Source of the DNA: Hemiscyllium ocellatum
Taxonomy: Eukaryota
NCBI RefSeq assembly: GCF_020745735.1
Contig: NC_083426.1
Span: 29,760,001-29,824,000, forward strand
DNA length: 64,000 nucleotides
Direction: 5' to 3'
In this document: in pieces, positions 12,557 to 24,390 of the stretch
How positions within the stretch are numbered: the first letter of the stretch is position 1
Layout of the letters: each line of letters starts with the position of its first letter
Position numbers and translations under genes: made by a program
Notes under the pieces: model-generated
Seen by the model: the letters and a program-made list of their open reading frames with translations, nothing else
What the model was told of the DNA's origin: nothing
Database searches by the model: none

Positions 12557-14708
12557 TATGCTGGAGGTATAAAATATATACAGAAATGAGAAAAAAACTC
12601 AGCAGGTCAGGCTGCAATTATGCTCATTAAATTTACCTTATCATTCTGCAAATTAGGACATTTGTCACATTAGGCTGTTCAGGAATCAGATGCACATCCC
12701 AAAAACTGACAGGACACTGTTCTGACCACGGTAACAATTACTGACCCGCTCCCTCCCTCTTCAGCTTTGTTTACATATCATCCCAAATTTACATACAGAT
12801 GGACGTCAAGATTCTCCGCAATGATGTGTTAAGTGTGGCAGTATGGGATTTTCCTCTGCTCAAAGAATATCCTGCTGTCTGCACACGTTATATGTGATCA
12901 ATAAAATTGGCATTTTTTGACAGGATTCTCATACATCTGCTTGAGGAATAATGCACAATCTTTGTTGCAGAATATATAGCCAGTTCTCTGTAAAGCACAA
13001 GGCTTCAGGAATGCAATGATGGAGAAAGAAAAAATTGATGTTTTGAGTCTTCCTTGGACTTTCAATAAGCATTAGATTTCTTAAGTAAATGGGTTATCAT
13101 TGATTACTGTAAATAATACTGTACTGAGTTAATGCACTGCAATGTTGATAAGACATCAATTTTTAATACTATGCTAAGTTCCTAATTTTCTAAATGGGAG
13201 CCAAAGAACTACATTCCAGAAAAATGATTATTCACAAGGGAGTGGAGAAGAAGAAATGAATAATTACAAATAAATTCAATGTCCACTCACTCCTTACTAT
13301 TATTCATGGGATTAGACACCCAACATTTTTGGTTGCATATGTCAATCATTCACAAATACCAACTTCTGAATCAGTCTGGATTACTTTGTGTGCAATCTGT
13401 TTTGTACAAGTTTGCTGCTTTATATTTACATCCTCCCTGTCTGTTTAAACAAAATGAATAAAAACCTCAAAAGTACAAAATAAATTTGATGCAGTGCAAT
13501 GTTTGCAACAATACAGGGTGCAGTCATCAAGTCAGGGCTGTGGCCCTGAAAATTGTGTAATTAGTGTCATGGCTCCAAATTAGGGATGTTAGTTCTATAG
13601 TGTAGTTTCAATAAAATATTTTCAAACTAAAGCAACTTGCTTCCCCCTACTGTCTTTAAATTAATGCTGACTTGACTCCACGTGCATCTCTTTCCAATTA
13701 TGCAAAGGTTCTTTTCTTGTTGCTAGGCATCTCAAAAGATTAATTTTACAACAGATTTTGAAGGGTTAAACCCAGACAGAGCTTGAGGTGGCCTGTAGGG
13801 CGATGACCCAAATGCAGCTAGAATATTGAGTTCATACCTGCCAGCTGCCCTTTTATATACAAGTATGCAATATACTACTTACTACTTTATAAAGAGAAGA
13901 TACTGCATTAAAATAAAGTTAAAAATATTTGCATTAATTCTGCTTAAAGCACAGGTTAGTAGCCAATTGACCTTGATTTTGCAATCAGCTTCAAAACAAA
14001 AACATTTACTGAACTGGAAAAAAGATCAATTTCTGTGACAGATAGTTTAAATCTGGTGCCAGGCTAATGGGATTTCTGTTACAGCAGCAATGATGCCAGC
14101 AAGCTGACAACACAAAATCACATTGAAATATTCTTACAAACAAATAAGTTGAAACTGTTCTGAACAACATCGGACCTGAAATATTAACTCTGCTTTCTCT
14201 TCGCAATGCTGCCAGACTTAAGCTTTTCCAGTAATTTTTGTTTTTGAAATTAAAAAGTTGAATCTTCTCTTTCACCTCAAATTTTCAAATAAAGAAATAA
14301 ATTATAATTGGATTTAAAGAGGCTAAACCATACCAACAAATATTCAAAAAAGTAAAATGCAGATTACATAATTGTGCAGAAATCTGATATTCCAGAAATG
14401 TAAAATCTGCCCTCAAAGCAAGCAATAGTATTCAGTGGTAATTATGAAGTTAATACGCCATTGTATACCTAATTATATTGTATTCAACAATACCCAACTT
14501 GATTGAGGACTTAGACTTCAAAATTGTTTGTCTCATTGTATAAGTTCTCATCAGTCCACAGATATGCCTTTGACGTGTGCCCTGGGGAAGCTTAAAATCA
14601 TTCAGATGGCCTCTAGTCCTGCATTCTTCTGTACGTGAACAGACTCTTGGAACTGCAGTCAGTTTCAGTAATGTCACAAACACTGACAGCTTTTCAATCA
14701 TTACAACA

Positions 14709-14975
14709 TAGGTCTAGGAAGGGGAGGGAGGAGTCTGAGACGGTCCAAGTGAATTTGAGGTTGGGGTGGAAGGTGTTGGTAAAGTGGATGAACTGTTCAA
14801 CCTCCTCGTGGGAGCACAAGGCAGCGCAGATACAGTCATCAATGTAGCTCAGGTGAATTTGAGGTTGGGGTGGAAGGTGTTGGTAAAGTGGATGAACTGT
14901 TCAACCTCCTCGTGGACCAGGTGAATTTGAGGTCGGGGTGAAAGGTTTTGGTAAAGTGGATGAACTGTTCAACTG
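14709..14975 (-). mobile_element. Penelope-like RT fragment with an internally triplicated ~60-bp segment
   Basis: Minus strand reads YIDDCICAALCSHEEVEQFIHFTNTFHPNLKFTWTVSDSSLPFLDL. The segment gtgaatttgagg..gaactgttcaac occurs three times. Confidence 0.8.
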
Positions 14976-15039
14976 TTACTATCAAGTTAACAGATGCCAC
15001 GTACCAAATGGTAATGTTAAGTCAGTTATCGTATTGTCC

Positions 15040-15500
15040 AGGCCAGTTGGGCCGTGACCGGGTTCCCTCAGGTGCAGGAGCAATCAACTACATTCATGCA
15101 GCCAAGTAAAATATCCTGTGATCAGGAAAGAGCTTCACTCACTACTATTCATGTAGAATGTGAATACACCAAAGGCACCCTGCAAGTTTCTGCAAAATTC
15201 CCAGGGACTGCCATAACTTGTGCCCCACAAATGCCCTGGCCGTCTTTGATCAGGCCACCGAAATGCCAGAATAGATGGACTCTGGGCAACAATGGCATTT
15301 TTGCCTACAACTGTATTTTATTGCAACACAGAGCCAGGAAACAACTTTACCTGTTGCCATGTGATTGCAAGGGCAGCAGGGAATAAGCCATTGGCCCTCT
15401 GAAAATGAAGTTCAGCTGCATTCTGGGAGTGCATTGCAATATGCTCCCTTAAAATTATGTATCAGTGATATGCTGAGCAATGCTTAGCCTGGCACTCCAG
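15040..15500 (+). mobile_element. Decayed PIF/Harbinger transposase remnant
   Basis: Across frameshifts: GFPQVQ(G)AINYIH (cf. GFPxVxGAIDCTH), RKxLHS, V.AKFPG..H, LGNNG (cf. LGDxGY), AIG.LKMKF.C. Confidence 0.6.
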
Positions 15501-17169
15501 AGCAAAGTCAAACTGGACACAGAATCAAACTGAGTGCCCACCGTTTCTGAGGAGTAAGATTGGTTGAAGATGCTTCAAGGCCAGACAGGCAATGGAAATG
15601 CACCGACAGGCCCAATGTCAGCACAACAGGAAGGGACACATGCTAACTTACTAATATCCACACATTCCTCCTTAGATTCCTTTAAACATCAAGGGAAATA
15701 ATTGTGTTTTCCGTGAGGGTGCTTTTCATTAAATGCCTTTACCACAATTACATAATTCCAAGGGCTACTTTCAGCACGGCTATCATTTACACGTACCTTT
15801 CCAAGCCCTATATCTCAAGGATTCCATATCAGGTAACACCTCAGAAATGAACACACAAGTTATTAAAGCACGCAATGTAGGAATTTTAATGTTGCACAGT
15901 TTTAAAAAAAAAAGAATGGGACTGCTGGTGCAACTGGATGGATTTACTGCCATGCTTACTGAAAATGTATTCTCAGTACCTGCAGCTGACTTAGAGATAT
16001 GCAGCATATTGCCTTTCCAACTGCAGTAATCAGTGATGTTCGAGAATAGACTGATCGGACAGGAATTGACAAAATTAGATTTGTCCTGCATTTTGGACAG
16101 TGTTTGCACAGAGTGGCCCATCTAGCTTTGTTGTTTTCTGACAATGATACTCATAATAGGATTAATTAAAAAACTAGCAGCAACACACGAACATCTGCAA
16201 TCGTGCACTTAACGAATCCCAAAACTGCATCAAATTCTCCAATGCATCTCCACCTATGCTATTCCTTTCTTCTGATGATAGCATTCTGATACCTTTCCCT
16301 TTTACCAGGATAACTCTGCCACTCTCATTAAATAAGTAAGCTTAGAAACTCTGCACCATGTACCAGAAAACATTCAACAGCCAAGAAAAAGTTCCAAATT
16401 TTACTTCCCAACAAGATTAATACATGACAAAGAAAATCTCAAAATTGCTATACCATCATCTGAATTTATTAACAAGGATCACCACTATTCATGTGTTAAA
16501 AAAGTAGGAAGTGCAGAAGTTCCAATGAATTGATGCAGGATGGTAGGTAGACTGAAGAATTCGTGACCGATACAATGGAAACAGTTGCCACCACATGACC
16601 AGGAAACAATTATCAAGTCATCAATTCCTTTCCACCGCTCTGGAGGTGAAATAAATTTCATGATTTATGTGACACCTGAAGGATTGGTTCTTCTTTCACA
16701 ACAATGCAAGCAGCAGCCATGCTTTGGTTGCTCAAATACTTGTTTCCCCAAAAGGGTATGGTAGTCTTACTATGGCCTAATCACTACAATTTTACTTTTT
16801 TCTTTGATGTCCTTAACAATACTGGGTATTTTCCACAAATAACTATTGATCTGTGTATGTACTATTAGGAAATTATCCAAAGCATCTCTGTTCACCAATA
16901 CCCTTTCATATTTTTATATCAATTTCATGGCTTCTAATTATGACTAAGGCTAAATTCTATGCTGTCTGCTTGTTTCACCTGCCTGTGCATCCTGATGTCT
17001 TTTGCAATCATGTCCATGGCCAAACCCCATAAAGTTATGCACATGATGGTCAAGTTCAAATCATATATATTATACAGACACTCTAGGGTACAGAAGACAA
17101 AGCGCATACAGCGGTGACTTTCTTTAATACACATTCAATCCCTTTTCAATTGAAGACCCATGTAACAGA

Positions 17170-17395
17170 TAGGGTAAACGTAGTCACTAATGGGCTATAG
17201 GCTGCTCTCTCATTAGAGACAGAGATGACTGGTGGTGGTTTAACCAGACGGCCAACATGTCTCAGGTGACAGGTGATGTTGAGAAGTTGGGATCTTCATG
17301 ATAACTTCAGCTGGTGCGGGAATTGAGTTTGTGTTATTAGCATCATGCTGCATTGCAAACCAGCCATCTCAACAACTGGATTAACTGACACACTG
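17170..17395 (-). mobile_element. tRNA-derived SINE (degenerate)
   Basis: The minus strand has an A/B-box-like head (..ctcaattcccgcaccagctg) and tail ctctaatgagagagcagcctat. A related fragment lies at about 21390-21500. Confidence 0.55.
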
Positions 17396-17644
17396 TACAT
17401 AGCATATCCCCTTAACCCTATCAATTCTTCAAAATGCAACTTCTTTATGCTTGACTTGTCTTTTAAAAAAAATTGGTAATGACAACACTGTATTTGATTA
17501 CCATAGTCTTTTTAAAACAGTCATCTATAGTTACCCATCTCAATCTATACCCTCATATCACATTCTAGCACTCTGGCTGAATTTACAACTGTGAAGTTTG
17601 AAAAGCTTTGCTATTTTATTGCAAACCCATCTATAACCACCTTA

Positions 17645-18474
17645 AGACCATATGATGGAAGAGCAGTGGGCCATTTGACCTTTCAAGTCTGCTCCACCAT
17701 TTAATTAGATCATGGCAGGTCTGATAATTCTTAACTCCACTTTCCTGCCTTTTCCCCATAAGCCTTGATTGTGCGACGAATTACAAATGGTCTTCCTCAG
17801 CCTTGAATATAATGACCAACAATCCCACTAATTTTCTTTCTTGCCTCTAAGGCTGTGAATGGCAGCAATTACTGGAATCATACAACAATTCTGCAATTGG
17901 TATGCAGATGCTGATCATTTTGCCCCGAATGTTGGAGAGACTGCACATGCAGCTTAGAGGGGAAATTGATACACACCAACCTCCACAACCCTGTGTGGTA
18001 AAGAATTCTACAGATTCACCACCTTCATAGGAGAAACCCCTCCTCATATCTGTCTTATCTTGGAGACATCTTGCTCCAAGGTTATGTCCTTTGTTCCTCA
18101 ACTCTCAAGGAGAAACAACCTCTCTGCACCTTCCAATCAAGCCTTGCAACAATTCTGTTTGCTTCAATAAGGTCATCTCTCAATCTTCTAAACTCCAAGG
18201 CCCAATCTATGAAATCTCTCCTTATAGGAAATCCCTTCATACTAGGGGTCAACCGAATGAAGTTTTCTCTGGACTACCTTCTGAAAGTATATTTCCTTAG
18301 ATAAAGGGGCCAAAAATCCCAATATTCTAACTGTGGTCTAACTACTGCTTTATGTAGTTTTACTAAGACTTATAACCCATTGCCAACATTAAAAACATTC
18401 TATTTGGATTCTATTAACTTCCAAACTCAGAAGCTAGCTTTACAAGTTCGGCTCAAGGACTCCCAAAACCTTCT
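17645..18474 (-). mobile_element. Old CR1-clade LINE 3' fragment(s)
   Basis: 3' tail motif ..ctgctccaccatttaattagatcatggc and degenerate ORF2 end. Confidence 0.65.
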
Positions 18475-18782
18475 AGATTAGATTATTTACAGTGTGGAAA
18501 CAGGCCCTTCTGCCCAACAAGTCCACACCGACCCGGCAAAGCGCACCCACCCATATCCATTCCCCTACATTTACCCCTGCACCTAACATTACGGGCAATT
18601 TAGCGTGGCCAGTTCACCTAACCTGCACATTTTTGGACTGTGGGAGGAAACCAGAGCACCCAGAGGAAACCCACACAGACACGGGGAGAATGTGTAAACT
18701 CCACACACTGGAGGGAGGAATTGAACCCGGGTCTCTGGCGCTGTGAGGCAACAGTGCTAACCACTGTGCCACCATGCCGCCC
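18475..18782 (-). mobile_element. HE1-type V-SINE
   Basis: tRNA-like head ggcacagtggttagcactgttgcctcacagcgccagagacccgggttcaattcc, V-domain gggtttcctctgggtgctctggtttcctcccacagtccaaa, and LINE-derived tail. Confidence 0.88.
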
Positions 18783-19144
18783 ACAAATTCTGTACTCCAG
18801 CTTTCTACAATTTTTGTGTTGAAATAATAGTTAACTTCACTATTCTTCATAATCTCACACCTTCTCACATTGTATTGCATCTGCAAACTCACATCCTCTT
18901 TTCCAGAATCTAATAATTCCTGAACGATTACGACCAGTCCACTATTGCCATAGCTGCTTATTTTAATGTTCTTGGAAGCATCCCATCAGGTCTCGGGGTC
19001 TTAGTGACTTTAGCCCCAGTACTTTTAGCCCCAGCATTTCTCTCCAATATTAGCATTGAATTTATTTCCTCTCCTGTTGCCATTGATTATTTAATATTAT
19101 TAGAATGTTTAGTGTTTTCTACCAGACAGACCAATGCAAAGTAT

Positions 19145-19451
19145 TTAGATTAGATTAGCTCACTTACAGTGTGGAAACAGGTCCAACAAGTCCACACCGA
19201 CCCGCTGAAGCGCAACCAACCCGACCCATTCCCTTACATTTCACCCCTTCACGTAACACTACGGGCAATTTAGCATGGCCAATTCACCTAACCTGCATAT
19301 TTTTGGACTGTGGGAGGAAACCAGAGCATCCGGAGGAAACCACACAGACACGGGGAGAATGTGCAAACTCCACACAGTCAGTCACCTGAGTCGGGAATTG
19401 AACCCGGGTCTCTGGCACTGTAAGGCAACAGTGCTAACCACTGTGCCGCCC
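19145..19451 (-). mobile_element. HE1-type V-SINE
   Basis: Same head, V-domain and tail as 18475-18782. Confidence 0.88.
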
Positions 19452-20029
19452 ATTATTTATTCAATTTCCCTGGTTCCCTATTATTTTCCCAGCCTGTTCT
19501 CTAAGGGTTGAAAGTTCACTTTGGCCCCTCTCTCTCTCTTTTCGTCTATTTAAAGCTTCTACTGTGTTTTATAATACTCACTCATTCACCTTCAAAGTTT
19601 TTAATCTTCTCCCTTTGTCATTTTGTCAGTTTTAAAAACCTCCCCGTTCTCCGATTTACCACGTTTCTTTCAATTTGATGTTTGTGGTAACTTGCCTGAT
19701 TCAGATTTACGTCAAAATCTATTTCCTTTGGCTGGACTTTTAGTGACACTTCTCCTTGGACCAACCAAACCCTTAAAGATAAACACAGTCGGTCAGAGTT
19801 GCTAGGCCTTTGAAAGAAAGCCTCCCTCCCTGCACCCACCCAGTGATCCTCCCTGCTGGATACCGAGCACTAACTTTGTATTTTTATATCAAACTCTCGC
19901 CTTGGGGATGGCTCCAGGAACAGACCGAGTCAGGAGCAAGGCCCAGAACTGGGGGGTTTGGAGATGTGAAAGAGTGGGAACTGGCGGGTGTCTGGTGGGG
20001 GGGGGGGTCTCTGACCAGTGTGTGACTCC

Positions 20030-20430
20030 CCTGGAGGAGGCCGAGCGCCCCCCACCGCCTCCGCCATCAGCCTCGAGGCCGCTCCCTCACCTTGGCCGCT
20101 GTCAGGAGCCGCGGGTGTCTGACCGCTTCCCGCTGCGGCTCGTTGGTCTCCAGGATCTGGGCGATGAACCGCTCGATGTCGCGCTCGGACATGCCATAGC
20201 GCTCGCCGGACTGCCGCAGCACCTCGACGCTGTCGGCCAGCTTCTCGTAGATACACGGCTCACTGGGGGCGGCCCCCATCGTCCGCCATCACCGCCCAGA
20301 GGCCATCGAGCAGCGCACACAGTCAGCAGGGGCCCTCACCGCGCACGCGTACTGCTCCTCCGAGGCAAAAGGGACCATTGTGCGCACGCGTGCACTGGCC
20401 CTTCTCCCCGGGAGGAGGCGTTTCCTGGTC
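20030..20430 (-). promoter_or_regulatory. CpG island / promoter of C6orf89 with NRF1-like GCGCACGCG motifs
   Basis: Sharp rise in GC and CpG against an AT-rich background. gcgcacgcg occurs at about 20341 and about 20382, just upstream of the ATG at 20279. Confidence 0.7.
20091..20279 (-). CDS. C6orf89: C6orf89 (bombesin receptor-activated protein, BRAP) homolog, coding exon 1 (63 aa)
   Basis: Translates MGAAPSEPCIYEKLADSVEVLRQSGERYGMSERDIERFIAQILETNEPQREAVRHPRLLTAAK, matching the recalled human N-terminus (..IYDKLSETVDLVRQTGHQCGMSEKAIEKFIRQLLEKNEPQR..). Ends at AAG|GTGAGG donor, phase 0. Lies in a CpG-rich island. Confidence 0.93.
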
Positions 20431-20571
20431 CTGCAACACTAGGGGGAGCAGTAGCTTCAGATTCATCAGCTGGGAGGTTCAGTGCCCCATCTACTGCCTG
20501 CAATGGGACTTGGTCAGTTCAGCAGGCAGGGAAGTTGGTCTGCACTTATTTAAGATCATATTTCATTGGAG

Positions 20572-21335
20572 GCAATTCAGAGAAGATTCACTAGGATGGT
20601 CCCTGGTTTGGAAGGCATGTCTTATGAGCAAAGATTAAACAGGTCGGGACTCATTGGAGGATAGAAGAAAGAGGGATGAACTGAGTGACATATGCAGAAT
20701 TATTAAGGAGACAGACAGGGTAAATGCTGACATTATTTCCGCTAATGGGAGAGCCTAGGACCAGTGAACATAGTCTCAGAATAAAGGGAAGCCAGTTCAA
20801 GGCTGAGGTGAGGAGGGATTTCTTCATTCGGACAGTTGCATGTCTTTGGAACACATTGCCACAGGGGTCTGTAGGTGCACACATCCAGCGTATATTTTAG
20901 GCCGAGATGGATAGATTCTTAATCAGTAGGAGAATCAAGGGTTGCAGGGAAAGGGCAGGAAAATGGACATAAGAAATTCCCTCAACTCAGCACCGCCCTC
21001 CTAACCTGCAATCCTCTTCCTGACCTCTCCGCCCCCACCCCACTCCGGCCTATCACCCTCACCTTGACCTCCTTCCACCTATCCCACCTCCATCGCCCCT
21101 CCCCCTAGTCCCTCCTCCCTACCTTTTATCTCAGCCTGCTTGGCTCTCTCTCTCTTATTCCTGATGAAGGGCTTATGCTCGAAACGTCGAATTCTCTATT
21201 CCTGAGATGCTGCCTAACCTGCTGTGCTTTGACCAGCAACACATTTGCAGATAAGAAATATCAGATCAGCTATTTTCCTGTTGAATGACAGAACATGTTT
21301 GAAGAACCAAATGACCTACTCCTGTTCCTATTTCT
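20572..21335 (+). mobile_element. CR1-clade LINE 3' fragment with a nested PLE pLTR (about 20978-21250)
   Basis: Degenerate LINE ORF2 end. Inserted family-A pLTR flanked by an ataagaaat duplication. Confidence 0.75.
21157..21192 (+). ncRNA. Intact minimal type-I hammerhead ribozyme (family A)
   Basis: attc-CTGATGA-a-gggc(ttat)gctc-GAAA-c-GTC-gaat: complete core, stem I attc/gaat, stem II, GUC cleavage triplet. Confidence 0.8.
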
Positions 21336-21589
21336 GATGATCAGTGGAGAATGACGAATTTGTTTCCTGTTCTGACTTTCAACCCTGAAGACCTCCACCT
21401 TCTCAAACCCAACCTCTGGTTGTGGTGAGGGTCCCCTAAAAGTAGCTCACATTTGGAATGAAAGAGCAGCCTATGGCCCTGAAAGCACAGCGACTTTAAA
21501 ATGGACTGCATGTCTAACCAGACAGCAAAATCCCTGATTGTGCAAGAAGGATCAAATGCCATTGAAATGTACAGCAGCAGAGTTAGCAG

Positions 21590-24390
21590 CAATAAGGATG
21601 CCCTGAGGCTTGGTACATTGGCAAGACCAAGCAGATGCTACAATAACGAATGAATGGACACTGCACAACAATCAACAGACAGGGGTGTTCCCACCCAGTC
21701 AGAGTCCACTTCAGTGGTCAGGGACATTCGGCCTTGGATCTTCGGGTGACCGTCCTCCAAGGTGAACTTCGGTATAGGCAACAATGCAAGATGGGCGAGC
21801 AGAGGCTAATAGCCAAGTTTGGTACACATGAGAATGGCCTCAACTGGGACCTTGGGTTCAGTTCATACTACAGGTGACCCCCATTGCATATATACTCTCT
21901 CACACATGCCCAGACAAGCACACATAACTCAGGAGAAAGTGAGGATTGCAGATGCTGGAGATCAGAGTCGAGAGTATGTTGCTGGGAAAGCAGAGCAGGT
22001 CAGGCAGCATCTGAGGAGCAGGAGAATTGACATTTCGGGCATTAGCCTTTCATCAGGAATGAGGCTTCATCAGGCTGAGAGATAAATGAGAAGTGGTTGG
22101 GGTGGGTAGCTGCGAAAGCAATAGGTCGATGTAGGTGAAGGAGAAGGTGATAGGTCAGAGGGGGCAGTGATGGACAGGTCTGGAGGGCGGGGCCAACTTG
22201 GAGATTTGGGACTGGGATGGTGTGTGGGGAGGGGAAATGAGGAAGCTGTTGAAATCCACATTTATCCCGTGTGGTTGCAGGGTCCCAAGGCAGAATACGA
22301 GGCGCTCTTCCTCCAGGTGTCAGGTGGTAACAGATTGGCGGTGGAGGAGGCCTAGGAACTGCATGTCCTTGATGGTGTGGGAGGGGGAGTTGAAGTGTTC
22401 AGCCATGGAATGGTGGGGTTGGTGGGTGCGAGTGTCCCAGAGATGTTCTCTAAAACAATCCGACAGAAAGCGTACAGGAGACCACAGCAGATGCAACAGA
22501 TGCAGTAGATGATATTGGTAGAGGTACAGATAAATTTCTGACGGATGTGGAAGGATCCCTTGGGACCTTGGATGGAGGTGAGGGGAGTGGTGTGGGTGCA
22601 GGTTTCCCTTCCTGCGGTGGCAGAGAAAGGTGCTAGGACTGGGATGTGGGCTGGTGGGGGGCATGGACCTGACGAGGGCGTCGGGGAGGGAATGGTCTCT
22701 CTGGAATGCTGATGGGGGGGGAAATGCACACACCCCCACTCCTGTCACCCTTCCCTGCCACCACAGAAAGTGCACCCCACCAGCCCACACCCCACTCCTG
22801 ACACCTTTCCATTGGTATCTCTACTAATGACACCTACTGCATCTGTTGCACCAGGTGTGGTCTCCTCTACATCGGGGAGACAGGACACTTTCTGGCGGAT
22901 TGTTTCAGAGAACATCTCTGGGACACCGGTACCCACCGACCCCAATGCCCCATGGCTGAACACTTCAACTCCCCCTCTCACTCCGTCAAGGACATGCAGG
23001 TCCTGGGCCTCCTCCACTGCCAAACAGTTACCACCTCAGGCCTGGGGGTAGAACACCTCATATTCTGCCTTGGGACCCTGCAACCACACAGGATAAACGT
23101 GGATTTCAACAGCTTACTCATATCCTCTCCCCCAACTTCATCCCAGCCCCGAACCTTGTCGGCACTGCCCTTCGGACCTGTCCATCACTCCCCCTCTGAC
23201 CTATCACCTTCTCTGGCACCTTCATCCACCTATCACTTTCTCAGCTACTCACCCCACCCCCCTTCCATTTATCTCTCAGCTCCAGCCCACAAGCCTCATT
23301 CCTGATGAAGGGCTTATGCTTGGAATGTCGATTCTCCTGCTCCTCAGATGCTGCCCGATCTGCAACACACTCTGGACACACATACACACACTCTTACATA
23401 CTCACATACTCATGCAGACCCTCTCTCATACACACACTCTCTCTCATACACACATAGCCACGCCCCCCCTCCCCACATTTACACCCAGGCACAGGCTTAT
23501 ACTCAATCACACCCACACATACTTTACCAAGCGTTCACACATATAAACACGCACTCTCTCACATACACTCACACTCACATGCGCACACTCAAATGCACAT
23601 ACTCTCTCTCTCTCATGCACGCACACACATATATAAGTCTATGGAGTGAATTTGTATTTGCAGAATTATATTTGTAGATTTTGCTAAAAAATGCACAATC
23701 TGCAGGCAGTCAATTCAGGCAGACAATACATGTAATATTTTGTAAATTCCACTTTGGAAATAAAACCAGTCTGACTCAAGATTAGGATACAGACAAATTC
23801 TGACCTCACACTTTAATGCATTGTCTGAACTGAGATATCACTTTTTTTTATAAAACCTTAAGTTATCTCGAGAGGTGACTTAAAAGAAGCTCTGGGATTC
23901 ACATATTAATGAACTAAAACCTGCAACCCATTCTGAAAGATGAAAGACTTAACATCAACCCAGGTTTATCAAAGGTAGTGCCTCCAAATAAACCTGTTGG
24001 ACTATAACCTGGTGTTGGGTGATTTTTTAACTCAATCCAGGTTTGTTCAATATATCATTTCAGTTGCATGATACTTTAATCATTTGCTATAAATTCTGTC
24101 TTATGATCTTATACGCCCACAATCATCTGATGAAGGAGCAGTGCTCCAAAAGCTAGTGCTTCCAAATAAACCTGTCGGATTATAACCTGGTCGAGAGTGT
24201 AGTGCTGGAAAAGCACAGCAGGTCAGGCAGTGTCCAAGGAGCAGGAGAATCGATGTTTTGGGCATAAGCCCTTCATCAGGAATGATTCTTGAAGAGAGGC
24301 TTATGCCTGAAATGTTGTTCTCCGGCATCTGCAGTCCTCACCTTCTCCTCCGGATTATAACCTGGCGTTGTGTGATTTTTAACTTTGACC
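21590..24390 (+). mobile_element. PLE family B (GIY-YIG remnant, CA-rich tract, pLTR) containing nested family-A PLEs at about 21930-23360 and 24191-24350
   Basis: YIGKT..RMNGH..HFSGQGHS..LIAKFGTHENGLN. The inner element is an inverted pair (minus about 21930-22727, plus about 22740-23360). The second insert has TSD cggattataacctgg (24176-24190 and 24351-24365). Confidence 0.82.

Noticed and set aside
19902-20594. 230-aa plus-strand ORF and other overlapping ORFs at the CpG island
   Set aside because: Antisense or alternative-frame shadows of GC-rich C6orf89 exon 1, with no recognisable domain.
23348-23677. His/Thr-rich ORFs (also 56282-56485)
   Set aside because: Translation of the CA-rich tract in PLE family B.
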